Origin: Alteromonadaceae bacterium
Lineage (GTDB): Bacteria; Pseudomonadota; Gammaproteobacteria; Enterobacterales; Alteromonadaceae
Assembly: GCA_015487235.1 (NCBI GenBank)
Contig: WFQC01000152.1
Location: forward strand, 47,751-111,750
Length of the DNA: 64,000 bases
Direction of reading: 5' to 3'
The first letter of the stretch is position 1, and the number at the start of each line of letters is the position of its first letter. Below are positions 10,330 to 20,535 of this stretch, one piece after another. The notes under the pieces were generated by a model. The model ran no database searches and was not told where the DNA came from. It saw only the letters and a program-made list of their open reading frames with translations. Made by a program: the position numbers and the translations under genes.

Positions 10330-12702
10330 ATGAATAATACAATAAAAATAATACCACTAACGTTAATAGCATCATCTCTATCACTGGCATTACATGCTGA
10401 AGAAGCCCAAGAGAAGGTAAAAAAAGCCTCGCTTGAAGTTATTGAAGTCACGGCGCAAAAACGTCAAGAAAATGCTCAAGAAACACCGCTCTCACTCAAT
10501 GTATTAACGGCAGATCAACTCAAAGAAGAAAGTATAGAAAAAATAGCCGATTTACAATATTCAGTACCTAACCTGCATATGACAGAAACCGGTATTTCAA
10601 CTCAAATGTATGTTCGCGGTATAGGTACGGGTAACAACCAAGGTTTTGAGCAGTCGGTAGGGCAATATATTGATGGTATTTATTATGGTCGACAACAATT
10701 AATTCGGGCACCTTTTCTTGATCTAGAGCGTGTTGAAGTATTAAAAGGACCACAATCAATTATGTTTGGTAAAAACTCAGTTGCCGGGGCACTCAATATG
10801 ATTTCGGCCAAACCCACACAAGATTTTATGGCCAATATTGATCTTGAATATTTGCCTAAGTTTGGTGCTAAAGAAATAAATGGCGTTATCTCAGGTGGCC
10901 TGACTGATACTTTATCAGCACGTTTAGCGGTTCGTGATTATTCAGAAGATGGTTATATAAAAAATACCTTTAGAGGACGGGATGAAACCATCAGAGATGA
11001 AACTGCTGTACGACTAAGTCTTTTATGGGAACCTAGCGACGAGATGAACTTTCTTCTTAAAGTAGAAAAAGATTCATTCGACGGCACAGGCCGACAAATT
11101 GAAATCATTCGCGATGATGTTGCTTTAGAAGGGGCACCTATTCCCGGGATGAACTTTAGCCAAATACTAGGTATTTTAGGCCATCCAGGGGCGATCACTG
11201 AAAGCGAATTAAATTTTGAACGTCAAGCTGATGATCCTGAATTTAGTCGTAATGACTTAACCAATATTACCCTGACCGGTAACTTTAATTTTGGTGATTA
11301 TACCTTAACCTCTGTTACGGGTTTAGTTTCTTATGAATTTACCGAAGAATGTGACTGTGACTATGTAGCCGCACCAATTTTCAATGCGGGTATTAATGAG
11401 CAATATGACCAATTTAGTCAAGAATTACGTATTATTTCGCCGTTAGGTGAAAAATTTGACTGGGTTGGTGGTTTATTCTATCAAACCAGTGAGCTCGATT
11501 TTGATGATAATATTAAAGTACCTGATAACAGCGTACTGGGTTTATTATCTGGAGGCGCTTTATTACCACTAACCGGTAAGGGTGCAGGGAGAAATTACCA
11601 ACTTGATACCGATATGTGGTCAATATTCTTTCAAGGAAATATTCATTTTACAGAGCAGTTAACCCTAACCTTAGGTGGACGTTATACCAACGAGCAAAAA
11701 ACGGCTAGCCGCTTACTTAATATCACTGATTTAAACTCAGGTAATATCACTCAAGATCCTGTTGCTCCTATTCTTTTTGATGTTGTTTTTGCCATTCAAA
11801 ACCAACAAAGCCCACTTTCTCCTGAAGGCCACAACCTAACAGGTAGTCGTGACGAGTCATCATTTACGCCACTCATTAACTTACAATATAAGTTTTCTGA
11901 TAACGTTATGGCTTATGCTTCAGCAACAACAGGCTTTAAAGCAGGTGGCTTTGACGCTCGAGCAAACAATATAAATTCTTGGGAGTTTGAAGAAGAAGAA
12001 GCAACAGCCTTTGAGTTTGGTATTAAATCAAGCTTATTAGACAATACATTAGAGGCCAATTTATCATTTTACCGCACCGATTATGATAATTTACAAATCA
12101 GTCAGTTTGATGGTGTGCTTGGCTTTAATGTGGGTAATGCCAAGAAAACCGTTGTACAAGGTATTGAGTTAGATGGCCGTTGGTTGTTAGCTGAAACCCT
12201 TACCATGCAATATGCTATTGCTTATTTAGATCATGAATTTACCGATTTTACTAACGGTAACTGCTACAACCGCCAAGTACCTGATGGTGATATTGGCGCA
12301 GATGGTAATCAGTTATGTGATTATACGGGTAAATCTGGTCAATATACGCCTAAGTTTACTGGTAGTTTAGGCTTTGATTACTTTACAGAAATCTCTTTTG
12401 CCGGTTTCGAATACTTTAGAACTTCACTTAATCTATATTACGCTGGCAAGCAAAATGTTGATGTAAACCTTAATCCACTTTATGAGATTGACAGCTACAC
12501 CAAAGTTAATTTGCGTATTGCTCTTGAAGCCGAAAATTGGAACATTGCTTTAGTAGGTCGTAATTTAACCAATGAAGAAATTCTAACCTATGTAGGTAAT
12601 ACACCCTTGTCAGGTGGTACCTTTGGTACCAATACCTTTTATGGCTTTGTCGAACGCCCCAGTGTGATCGGATTACAATTTAGCTATAACTTTTATGACT
12701 AA
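10330..12702 (+). CDS. TonB-dependent outer-membrane receptor
   Basis: 790 aa with a signal peptide (MNNTIKIIPLTLIASSLSLALHA). Plug motifs are EVIEVTAQKR and VEVLKGPQSIMFGKNSVAGALN, followed by a long beta-barrel region. Confidence 0.9.
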   Translation: MNNTIKIIPLTLIASSLSLALHAEEAQEKVKKASLEVIEVTAQKRQENAQETPLSLNVLTADQLKEESIEKIADLQYSVPNLHMTETGISTQMYVRGIGTGNNQGFEQSVGQYIDGIYYGRQQLIRAPFLDLERVEVLKGPQSIMFGKNSVAGALNMISAKPTQDFMANIDLEYLPKFGAKEINGVISGGLTDTLSARLAVRDYSEDGYIKNTFRGRDETIRDETAVRLSLLWEPSDEMNFLLKVEKDSFDGTGRQIEIIRDDVALEGAPIPGMNFSQILGILGHPGAITESELNFERQADDPEFSRNDLTNITLTGNFNFGDYTLTSVTGLVSYEFTEECDCDYVAAPIFNAGINEQYDQFSQELRIISPLGEKFDWVGGLFYQTSELDFDDNIKVPDNSVLGLLSGGALLPLTGKGAGRNYQLDTDMWSIFFQGNIHFTEQLTLTLGGRYTNEQKTASRLLNITDLNSGNITQDPVAPILFDVVFAIQNQQSPLSPEGHNLTGSRDESSFTPLINLQYKFSDNVMAYASATTGFKAGGFDARANNINSWEFEEEEATAFEFGIKSSLLDNTLEANLSFYRTDYDNLQISQFDGVLGFNVGNAKKTVVQGIELDGRWLLAETLTMQYAIAYLDHEFTDFTNGNCYNRQVPDGDIGADGNQLCDYTGKSGQYTPKFTGSLGFDYFTEISFAGFEYFRTSLNLYYAGKQNVDVNLNPLYEIDSYTKVNLRIALEAENWNIALVGRNLTNEEILTYVGNTPLSGGTFGTNTFYGFVERPSVIGLQFSYNFYD

Positions 12703-12761
12703 TTTGTAATATAAAAATAGCGCTTGCCACTGATATTATTAAAAATTCGGTGGTCTTATAC

Positions 12762-12798
12762 GGCAAACAGGTTAATAACACATATTAGCTTGTTTGCC
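12762..12798 (+). terminator. Hairpin downstream of the receptor gene (no clear U-run)
   Basis: GGCAAACA...TGTTTGCC forms an 8-bp stem with a 21-nt loop, 60 nt after the stop codon. Confidence 0.3.
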
Positions 12799-12867
12799 TG
12801 TAAAAACTAGCAAGAATAAATCACCCTATCATTATAAAAAACAACAGCTTCAGCATTAGGAGAACCT

Positions 12868-14487
12868 ATGAAACCTTGGCTCACAAACTATCCTAAAAAT
12901 ATAAATCATCGAGTTGACACAACTCAGTACAATTCGCTTACAGAAATGCTAACAGAAGCTGTCGACACTTATAAAAATAATGTGGCTTATCAAAATTTTG
13001 GCGCAGAACTGTCTTTTAGCGATGTTGAAAAACTTTCTCGTAATTTTGCAGCCTATTTACAACATCAAGCCAACATAAAAAAAGGTGACAGAGTGGCTCT
13101 TATGACGCCAAATACCTTGTGTTTTCCCGTGGCTATGTGGGGTATTCTTCGCGCTGGTGCAGTACAAGTGAATGTTAACCCACTTTATACTGCGCGCGAA
13201 TTAGCACACCAACTTACTGATGCCGATGTAGAAACTATTATTATTTTTTCAGCGGCAATACCCACCTTAGCAAAAATTATTGCAGAAACCTCGGTTAAAC
13301 AAGTTATTGTTATCAATTTAGATGACTTGATTAATAAAGGATTACCTAACCCAGCTATTGATGAAAATTTAGAAAATACGGTACTTTTTACCGATGCTTT
13401 AAACCAAGGCGAAAAGCTTGAATTACAGCCTGTAGATATTAGTCAACAAGATCTGGCTTTTTTACAGTACACCGGTGGTACAACAGGATTATCAAAAGGT
13501 GCCATGCTCACGCACGGCAACATTATCGCCAATATTTTACAATATCAAGAATTCGCTAAGAATGTTTTTGAATACGGTAAAGAGGTTGTGATCACTGCAA
13601 TTCCGATGTATCACATTTTTGCATTAACTGCGAATACACTATGTTACTTCTATTTGGGCGCCAAAAATATTTTAGTTACCAACCCTCGAGATATGGTGGC
13701 ATTTGTCGAGGTATGGCGACATGCCAATGCGACTGTTTTTACAGGCGTTAATACGCTATTTAACGGTTTATTACACACACCCGGATTTGCAGAACTCGAC
13801 TTTTCATCTTTAAAACTTTGTATTGGTGGTGGTGCAGCCGTACAACAAGCCGTTGCAGATAAATGGCAACAGGTAACCGGTGTTCGCCTTAATGAAGGCT
13901 ATGGTTTATCTGAAACTTCTCCTATTTTAACGCTTAACTTTGGTAATGAACAAGAATACGTGCCAGGTATTGGTGTTCCAATCCCCAATACTGATATTTC
14001 TATACGAGACGACGATGGTAATGAATTACCGCAAGGAGAAAGTGGCGAGTTATGCGCAAAAGGCCCTCAAATAATGGCAGGTTATTGGCGAGCACCAGAA
14101 GCAACAGCTAATGCAATGACCAAAGATGGCTATTTTAAAACAGGTGATATTGCTTTACTTGATAATAAAGGTTTTTTCCATATTGTCGATCGTAAAAAAG
14201 ACATGATTTTAGTTTCAGGCTTTAATGTTTACCCTAATGAGATTGAAGCAGAAATAGCCAAAATGCCTGGAATTATAGAATCTGCTTGTATTGGCGTTGA
14301 TGATGCTAAAACAGGTGAAGCTGTTAAAGTCTTTGTCGTTAAAAAAGATCCGCACATAACAGCACAAGACGTTATCGATTTTTGTGCTCAAAATTTAACA
14401 GCTTATAAAATCCCAAAACAAGTCGTTTTTATTGATGAAATCCCTAAATCAAGCGTAGGAAAGCTATTACGTCGTGAATTAAGGTAG
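12868..14487 (+). CDS. fadD: Long-chain-fatty-acid--CoA ligase (FadD-like)
   Basis: 539 aa, collinear with E. coli FadD. AMP-binding signatures are LQYTGGTTGLSKGAMLTH, GYGLSETSP and TGDIALLDNKGFFHIVDRKKDMILVSGFNVYPNEIE. Confidence 0.88.
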   Translation: MKPWLTNYPKNINHRVDTTQYNSLTEMLTEAVDTYKNNVAYQNFGAELSFSDVEKLSRNFAAYLQHQANIKKGDRVALMTPNTLCFPVAMWGILRAGAVQVNVNPLYTARELAHQLTDADVETIIIFSAAIPTLAKIIAETSVKQVIVINLDDLINKGLPNPAIDENLENTVLFTDALNQGEKLELQPVDISQQDLAFLQYTGGTTGLSKGAMLTHGNIIANILQYQEFAKNVFEYGKEVVITAIPMYHIFALTANTLCYFYLGAKNILVTNPRDMVAFVEVWRHANATVFTGVNTLFNGLLHTPGFAELDFSSLKLCIGGGAAVQQAVADKWQQVTGVRLNEGYGLSETSPILTLNFGNEQEYVPGIGVPIPNTDISIRDDDGNELPQGESGELCAKGPQIMAGYWRAPEATANAMTKDGYFKTGDIALLDNKGFFHIVDRKKDMILVSGFNVYPNEIEAEIAKMPGIIESACIGVDDAKTGEAVKVFVVKKDPHITAQDVIDFCAQNLTAYKIPKQVVFIDEIPKSSVGKLLRRELR

Positions 14488-14491
14488 GTTT

Positions 14492-15370
14492 ATGCAAACA
14501 GATTTATTAACGTCGATTATTTTACCCCTTTCATTATTTTTAATTATGTTTGGCATGGGGTTATCATTAAAGCTTGCAGATTTTAAAAGAATCTTCAAAA
14601 ACCCTCATGCAGTCTCTATTGGCTTTTTAGCACAGTTAATTGTGCTACCTTTACTCGCTTTGAGTATCGCAATTTTGCTCAAGTTGCCAGCTGAAATTGC
14701 GGTCGGTTTGATGATTATTGCGCTAGCACCAGGCGGGGCAACCTCTAATATGTTTTCATATTTAGCCAAAGGCGATGTTGCCTTGTCTATCAGCCTTACG
14801 GCTTTAGTGAGTATAGTTACCCCTTTTACCATTCCAATTATTACTGCGCTTACTATTGATTACTTTATGGGTAAATCTGCAAGTTTTGAATTGCCTGTAG
14901 TAAAAACAATCGTGCAATTGTTAGTGATCACTATTGTACCAGTATGTTTAGGTATGATTTTTTCTTCCTTTTTTCCTAAACTCGCCAAGGTGATTGAAAA
15001 TAAGTTAAAGTGGTTTTCGGTTATTTTTATGTTCTTAATTATCACGCTGATCATTATTAAGAATAAAGACAATATGCTGAGTTTTTTTTACCAAGCAGGC
15101 ATTGCCACACTTATTCTAAATTTATTAGCGTTGTTTATTGGTTTTCAACTAGCCAAATTAACAAATTTGTCAGCTAAACAAGCGATCACAATTAGCTTTG
15201 AAGTTGGTATTCAAAATGGGACGTTAGCACTGGTTGTTGCAGGTACACTTATCGGCAATGCTACTATGATGATCCCCGCAGTAACCTATGGTTTATTAAT
15301 GTTTATAACGGGAGCAATGTTCGCTGTTTGGGTAAAAAAAACTAAGCTTTCCTTGTGCCAATCAACATAA
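14492..15370 (+). CDS. Bile acid:Na+ symporter (BASS/SBF) family transporter
   Basis: 292 aa, polytopic, with the ALAPGGATSN motif typical of the family. It starts 4 nt after the fadD stop. Confidence 0.8.
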   Translation: MQTDLLTSIILPLSLFLIMFGMGLSLKLADFKRIFKNPHAVSIGFLAQLIVLPLLALSIAILLKLPAEIAVGLMIIALAPGGATSNMFSYLAKGDVALSISLTALVSIVTPFTIPIITALTIDYFMGKSASFELPVVKTIVQLLVITIVPVCLGMIFSSFFPKLAKVIENKLKWFSVIFMFLIITLIIIKNKDNMLSFFYQAGIATLILNLLALFIGFQLAKLTNLSAKQAITISFEVGIQNGTLALVVAGTLIGNATMMIPAVTYGLLMFITGAMFAVWVKKTKLSLCQST

Positions 15371-15414
15371 TACATTCATTTTACTTAACCGAGGTGTTTT
15401 CTAAACTAATACTC

Positions 15415-15452
15415 ACACCCAAAGCCTTGATAACAGGCGTTGGGTGTTATTT
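15415..15452 (+). terminator. Rho-independent terminator after the BASS gene
   Basis: ACACCCAA...TTGGGTGT forms an 8-bp stem followed by TATTT. Confidence 0.55.
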
Positions 15453-15473
15453 AATTCAGGTCAATTTATTAAC

Positions 15474-15977
15474 TTATTTAGGTAGCCGCGTTTTAAACGC
15501 TTTATTAAACCAGTTTTCAATCATCCGTTTGTCATAACCGAAAGACTCATTGTTATAACGAAGGTTATTGTTGGTGTGTAAGAAGTTCATATCTTTTAAA
15601 TTTTCTTCTCCACTTTCAAGTACCTTTCCTTTTTCATCAATCAATTGATAGGAAAATTTAAAGCGTGGGAAGTAAATATCTTTTACAATACGAATACGAT
15701 TAATACTGCCAAAGTTTACATCACCTGCTAGGTCTACGTCTTTTACCTCTATTTTTAATATTTGCTTTTCTGGTAATTTACTCGCTAATTTAGCAAAGTG
15801 TTTTTCAAAAGTTTTAAAAAGACGCTCTCTGAATGCTTTTCTATTTTCATCGCCAGAATAAATATCACGGTATTTATCTGGGTTTGTCCACTTAACTTCG
15901 ACTTGAGCAGCAGAGACTGCTGGCGAAATAACAGATATAGCAATCAAGCTAGCTAATACCAATAAAATCTTTTTCAT
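15474..15977 (-). CDS. Secreted DUF3016-like protein
   Basis: 167 aa with a signal peptide (MKKILLVLASLIAISVISPAVSA). From memory, the motifs DIYFPRFKFSYQL and NLKDMNFL resemble DUF3016 family members. Confidence 0.7.
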   Translation of the reverse strand: MKKILLVLASLIAISVISPAVSAAQVEVKWTNPDKYRDIYSGDENRKAFRERLFKTFEKHFAKLASKLPEKQILKIEVKDVDLAGDVNFGSINRIRIVKDIYFPRFKFSYQLIDEKGKVLESGEENLKDMNFLHTNNNLRYNNESFGYDKRMIENWFNKAFKTRLPK

Positions 15978-16171
15978 TTTTTTACCCTTTTACATTTTAC
16001 TTTATTTATATATACGATCATGCGCGGGTTAGGCATTCTTAATTGCGATAAAATTGCTGTAACAATGTATCAATAACCCTTTCAGTTCTTTTGAGTTGCT
16101 CTTCTTGATTAAGTTCCTCAGAAACTAATCCTTGTGCAACAGCATGCCAAACTATAGAACATCTTTTAGAC

Positions 16172-16200
16172 AAAAAAATACCAGCAATATCAGCTGGTAT
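16172..16200 (-). terminator. Rho-independent terminator after purD
   Basis: Minus-strand RNA reads AUACCAGC-UGAUAUU-GCUGGUAU followed by a U-run (plus-strand A-run at 16172-16177). Confidence 0.7.
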
Positions 16201-16218
16201 TTAGGTAAGGTTATTATT

Positions 16219-17508
16219 TTACTGATTTTGCTCTCGTGCTATTGCTCGATAAGCAATATCATCACGGTAAAATACGCCTTGCCAGCTAATTTGCTTAGTT
16301 AACCGATAGGCTGATTGTTGCGCTTCGGTAACGGTATTACCCAATGCTGTTGCACACAGTACACGACCACCGGCAGTAACTATTTCCCCATTTTGCAAAG
16401 CGGTACCTGCATGGAAAATTTTTCGATCAGCTGAATCATTGTGTTCAAGCCCCGTAATAACGTCTCCTTTGTTATAACTATTAGGGTAACCACCTGCTGC
16501 AAGTACTACGCCTACCGCGGGGCGAGGATCAAAAGTAATTTCAGCTTGGTCTAGTTTGCCCTGACAGGCGAGTAAACAAAGCTCAACCAGATCAGACTGT
16601 AAGCGCATCATTATCGGTTGTGTTTCAGGATCACCAAAACGGCAGTTATACTCAATAACTTTCGGTGTACCATCTTCTGCAATCATTAGCCCTGCATATA
16701 AAAAACCAGTATAAGGTGCATCTTCTTTGGCCATACCTTCAACCGTTGGCATGATCACTTCGTTAATAATACGCTGGTGAATTTCATCCGTAACAACAGG
16801 CGCAGGCGAGTAAGCGCCCATACCACCAGTGTTTGGCCCTTCGTCGTTGTTATAAGCTCGTTTATGATCTTGACTCGTTGCAAAAGATAAGACATTTTTA
16901 CCGTCAACCATCACAATAAAACTGGCTTCTTCACCACGAAGAAATTCTTCAATAACAACTCGGTGCCCAGCATCACCAAAGGCATTACCCGCAAGCATAT
17001 CTTTTATTGCCGCTTCTGCTTCAGCTAAAGTCATTGCAACAATAACGCCCTTTCCTGCGGCTAAGCCATCTGCTTTAACAACAATGGGTGCCCCTTGCGC
17101 TCTTACATAAGCAAGTGCTGGTTCAATTTCAGTAAAGTTTTGATAAGCTGCTGTGGGAATATGATGACGAGCTAAAAAGTCTTTGGTAAAGGCTTTTGAG
17201 CCTTCTAACTGAGCGGCTTTGGCACTAGGACCAAAAATAGTCAGCCCTTGAGCTTGAAACGCATCAACAACACCATCAACTAAAGGTTGTTCAGGGCCCA
17301 CAATAGTGAGTACAATGTCATTAGCTTGAGCAAATTCAACGAGTTTATCGAGTTCGTTAACGGCTATGGCTATATTTTCTACTTTGTTTTCTGTTGCTGT
17401 TCCTGCGTTACCGGGGGCAACATACACTTTACTTACTTGCGTTGATTGTGCGGCTTTCCACGCTAAAGCATGCTCTCGACCACCGCTACCAATAACTAAA
17501 ACTTTCAT
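16219..17508 (-). CDS. purD: Phosphoribosylamine--glycine ligase
   Basis: 429 aa, MKVLVIGSGGREHALAWK..., with ATP-grasp architecture. Confidence 0.96.
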   Translation of the reverse strand: MKVLVIGSGGREHALAWKAAQSTQVSKVYVAPGNAGTATENKVENIAIAVNELDKLVEFAQANDIVLTIVGPEQPLVDGVVDAFQAQGLTIFGPSAKAAQLEGSKAFTKDFLARHHIPTAAYQNFTEIEPALAYVRAQGAPIVVKADGLAAGKGVIVAMTLAEAEAAIKDMLAGNAFGDAGHRVVIEEFLRGEEASFIVMVDGKNVLSFATSQDHKRAYNNDEGPNTGGMGAYSPAPVVTDEIHQRIINEVIMPTVEGMAKEDAPYTGFLYAGLMIAEDGTPKVIEYNCRFGDPETQPIMMRLQSDLVELCLLACQGKLDQAEITFDPRPAVGVVLAAGGYPNSYNKGDVITGLEHNDSADRKIFHAGTALQNGEIVTAGGRVLCATALGNTVTEAQQSAYRLTKQISWQGVFYRDDIAYRAIAREQNQ

Positions 17509-17579
17509 TACTTACATTCTCATTAATTTAAAATTGATCAATTTAGCGCGTGTTGACCTTACTTCGTAAAAATAACCTG

Positions 17580-18419
17580 CTACTTTGCTGCCGGTTTTAC
17601 AAATTTAAGTGTCATACGATCACTTTCACCTATGGCTAAATATTTCGCTTTGTCTTGCTCACCTAAACGTAATACAGGTGGTAGTGTCCACACTCCTTTA
17701 GGGTGATCGGCACTGTCTTTGGCATTAGCATTGACTTCACTACTGTCTGCTAAGGTAAAACCAGCTTTCTCTGCTAAGCGAATAACCATATTCGTCGGCA
17801 TATAACCACTACGTTGGTTATCTTCCCATTTTTGTGAATTTGGCATACGATGTTCAACAACCCCTAATACGCCACCTTGTTTTAAAGCATTAAAAGCGTC
17901 TTTAAAGACTTGTTCAATACCGGCTTCCCCCCAATTATGTAAATTGCGAAAAGTCAGCACTAAATCAGCACTGTTTGCAGGAGCAAGTTCGCTGGTTTTT
18001 TTCGGGCTAAAATCGGTAATAATCACTTCACTGTACACTGGGTTTGAAGCAACTTTTTTCTCTAAACTTTTGCGTGACTTACTGTAGTAGTCATCTTTTC
18101 CCGTATCAGGATATTGCGCAAGGTAAAGTTTACCCGTGCCTTTGAGTGCTGGCGCAAGGATTTCAGTGTACCAGCCACCACCTGGGGTTATTTCAACAAC
18201 CGTCATGTCAGGGCGAAAACCAAAAAACATCAGGGTTTCTTTAGGATGACGATATTGATCTCGGGCTTTATGCGCATGACTACGATGCTCACCTGATATG
18301 GCTTGATTTAAACGTTCATCTGCTGAATTAGTATTCGCAAATGAGGCAGCAGATAAGCTCAATACTGTTAACGCGAGACCGGCTAATACGGTTATTTTTT
18401 TCATTATTATTTTCTCCAT
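17580..18419 (-). CDS. Exported class I SAM-dependent methyltransferase
   Basis: 279 aa with a signal-like segment KKITVLAGLALTVLSLSAASFA. The SAM motif I-like sequence is VVEITPGGGWYTEIL. The start may be the ATG at 18404. Confidence 0.75.
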   Translation of the reverse strand: MEKIIMKKITVLAGLALTVLSLSAASFANTNSADERLNQAISGEHRSHAHKARDQYRHPKETLMFFGFRPDMTVVEITPGGGWYTEILAPALKGTGKLYLAQYPDTGKDDYYSKSRKSLEKKVASNPVYSEVIITDFSPKKTSELAPANSADLVLTFRNLHNWGEAGIEQVFKDAFNALKQGGVLGVVEHRMPNSQKWEDNQRSGYMPTNMVIRLAEKAGFTLADSSEVNANAKDSADHPKGVWTLPPVLRLGEQDKAKYLAIGESDRMTLKFVKPAAK

Positions 18420-18472
18420 TTATATTAGGGCGTGTTTAAAACAAGCTCAGATTATTTGTACAGTTATAACAG

Positions 18473-18504
18473 AAAAAACCGAGTGACCCTAATAAAGTCA
18501 CTCG
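18473..18504 (-). terminator. Rho-independent terminator after purH
   Basis: CGAGUGAC-loop-GUCACUCG forms an 8-bp stem followed by U6 on the minus strand. Confidence 0.7.
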
Positions 18505-18532
18505 ATTGTTGTAAAAACTGCAATACTGATGA

Positions 18533-20122
18533 TTAATGGCGAAAATGACGCATTCCTGTAAAGACCATTGCCATACCATGCTCGTCTGCCGCGGCAATTA
18601 CTTCATTATCACGCATAGAGCCTCCCGGCTGAATAACCGCAGTAATGCCTGCTTCAGCCGCAGCATCAATGCCATCTCTAAACGGAAAGAAAGCATCTGA
18701 AGCCATCACAGATCCCTTAACTTCTAACCCTTCATCAGCAGCTTTAATACCAGCAACCTTAGCCGAATAAACACGACTCATTTGTCCTGCGCCAACACCA
18801 ATAGTTTCACTGTTTTTAACATAAACAATAGCGTTTGATTTTACATATTTAGCCACAATCCAACAAAATTGTAAGTCGCGCATTTCATCTGGGGTTGGTT
18901 GACGCTTAGTGACTACTTGCAGTTGTTCCGCACTCACTTTTCCTTGATCTCTGTCTTGAATAAGTAAGCCGCCATTTACACGTTTAAAATCAAAACCGGT
19001 TGTTTTGCTTGTCCATTGTCCACATTCAAGCAAGCGAATATTTACTTTGGCCGCAATAACCGCTTTAGCAGCGTCAGACACACTAGGCGCAATAATAACT
19101 TCAACAAACTGACGAGCGATAATGGCGCTAGCGGTATCAGCGTCTAATTCGCGGTTAAAAGCAATAATGCCGCCAAAAGCAGAAGTAGGATCAGTTTTAT
19201 AAGCACCTTCATAAGCCGCTAAAATATTATCACCAATAGCAACACCACAAGGGTTAGCGTGTTTTACAATAACACAAGCGGGTTCAGCAAACTCTTTAAC
19301 ACACTCTAAAGCGGCATCTGTATCGGCAATATTATTATAAGAAAGTGCCTTACCTTGTAATTGTATTGCTGTAGCAACTGAAGCTTCTTCTGGGTTCGCT
19401 TCCACGTAAAAAGCTGCATTTTGATGTGAGTTTTCACCATAGCGCAAGTCTTGCTTTTTAATAAACTGGCTATTAAAGGTACGTGGAAATTTAGTACACG
19501 CGGTAAAGCTGGCTGTTTTTTCACGCTCACACATTGAGCCAAAGTAGTTGGCAATCATGCCATCATAAGCGGCAGTATGTTCATAGGCTGCAATCGCTAA
19601 ATCAAAACGAGTTTGATAGGTTAGTGAACCATTATTAGCCTTCATTTCAGCTAAAACACGATCATAGTCATGGGCATTAACGATAATAGTAACATCTTTA
19701 TGGTTTTTGGCAGCAGCTCGTACCATTGTAGGGCCACCAATATCAATATTTTCAATGGCGTCTTCTAAAGTACAATCATCATTAGCAACCGTTTTGGCAA
19801 ATGGGTATAAATTCACCACCACCATATCAATAGCATCAATATTATTTTCAGCCATCACGGCTTCATCGATACCTCGTCGAGCCAAAATACCACCATGTAC
19901 TTTCGGATGTAAGGTTTTTACACGACCGTCCATAATTTCAGGATGTTTGGTATAGTCAGAAACTTCAGTAACTGCAATACCATGGTCTGCTAATAGTTTT
20001 GCGGTACCACCTGTTGATAAAATATCAATACCTTGTGCCACTAATGCTTTGGCAAAATCAACTATACCGGTTTTATCTGAAACACTTAATAAAGCGCGTT
20101 TTATGGGACGTGGAGTTTCCAT
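18533..20122 (-). CDS. purH: Bifunctional AICAR transformylase / IMP cyclohydrolase
   Basis: 529 aa with [18 protein letters not shown] and C-terminal FTGMRHFRH. Confidence 0.96.
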   Translation of the reverse strand: METPRPIKRALLSVSDKTGIVDFAKALVAQGIDILSTGGTAKLLADHGIAVTEVSDYTKHPEIMDGRVKTLHPKVHGGILARRGIDEAVMAENNIDAIDMVVVNLYPFAKTVANDDCTLEDAIENIDIGGPTMVRAAAKNHKDVTIIVNAHDYDRVLAEMKANNGSLTYQTRFDLAIAAYEHTAAYDGMIANYFGSMCEREKTASFTACTKFPRTFNSQFIKKQDLRYGENSHQNAAFYVEANPEEASVATAIQLQGKALSYNNIADTDAALECVKEFAEPACVIVKHANPCGVAIGDNILAAYEGAYKTDPTSAFGGIIAFNRELDADTASAIIARQFVEVIIAPSVSDAAKAVIAAKVNIRLLECGQWTSKTTGFDFKRVNGGLLIQDRDQGKVSAEQLQVVTKRQPTPDEMRDLQFCWIVAKYVKSNAIVYVKNSETIGVGAGQMSRVYSAKVAGIKAADEGLEVKGSVMASDAFFPFRDGIDAAAEAGITAVIQPGGSMRDNEVIAAADEHGMAMVFTGMRHFRH

Positions 20123-20198
20123 TGTCGTTTCTATACCTATTTATCATTTGTCAGTTTACAAACTTGACTATTTAGTTAAGTTTTCATGTCGCTAAAAT

Positions 20199-20224
20199 GA
20201 AAAAAGCACCCTAAGGTGCTTTTA
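20199..20224 (-). terminator. Rho-independent terminator after fis
   Basis: AAAAGCACC-UUAG-GGUGCUUUU on the minus strand is followed by U residues. A second small hairpin, TGCAGG-ATAA-CCTGCA, lies at 20227-20242. Confidence 0.7.
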
Positions 20225-20247
20225 GTTGCAGGATAACCTGCATTATT

Positions 20248-20535
20248 TTAGTTCATTCCGTATTTTTTTAATTTTTTACGTAATGTACCGCGATTAATGC
20301 CTAATAAGTTAGCAGCACGAGTTTGGTTGCCTCGCGTATACTTCATGACTTCTTCAAGCATTGGCGCTTCAATTTCAGAAAGTACAAGGTCATACATATC
20401 ATCAACGTCATTACCGTTTAATTGTGATAAATAATTACTAATAGCAATTTTCGCTTGTGCACGTAATGGTGACGCTTTGGTTTGCGCTTGTAGATCACCC
20501 GTTACAAATGGAGAAGAAATATTTTGTTCAAACAT
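20248..20535 (-). CDS. fis: DNA-binding protein Fis
   Basis: 95 aa. The C-terminal [29 protein letters not shown] matches the E. coli Fis HTH region. Confidence 0.96.
   Translation of the reverse strand: MFEQNISSPFVTGDLQAQTKASPLRAQAKIAISNYLSQLNGNDVDDMYDLVLSEIEAPMLEEVMKYTRGNQTRAANLLGINRGTLRKKLKKYGMN

Noticed and set aside
16039-16173. A 44-codon minus-strand ORF, (L)SKRCSIVWHAVAQGLVSEELNQEEQLKRTERVIDTLLQQFYRN, between purD and the DUF3016 gene.
   Set aside because: It reads like a real helical C-terminal fragment, but it has only a TTG start buried in the purD terminator stem and no Shine-Dalgarno sequence. It is probably a gene remnant, and I cannot assign a family.
20153-20164. AGTTTACAAACT inverted repeat upstream of purH, considered as a PurR box.
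   Set aside because: The half-site orientation and sequence do not match the PurR consensus (ACGCAAAC-GTTTGCGT). Only the A/T core is similar.
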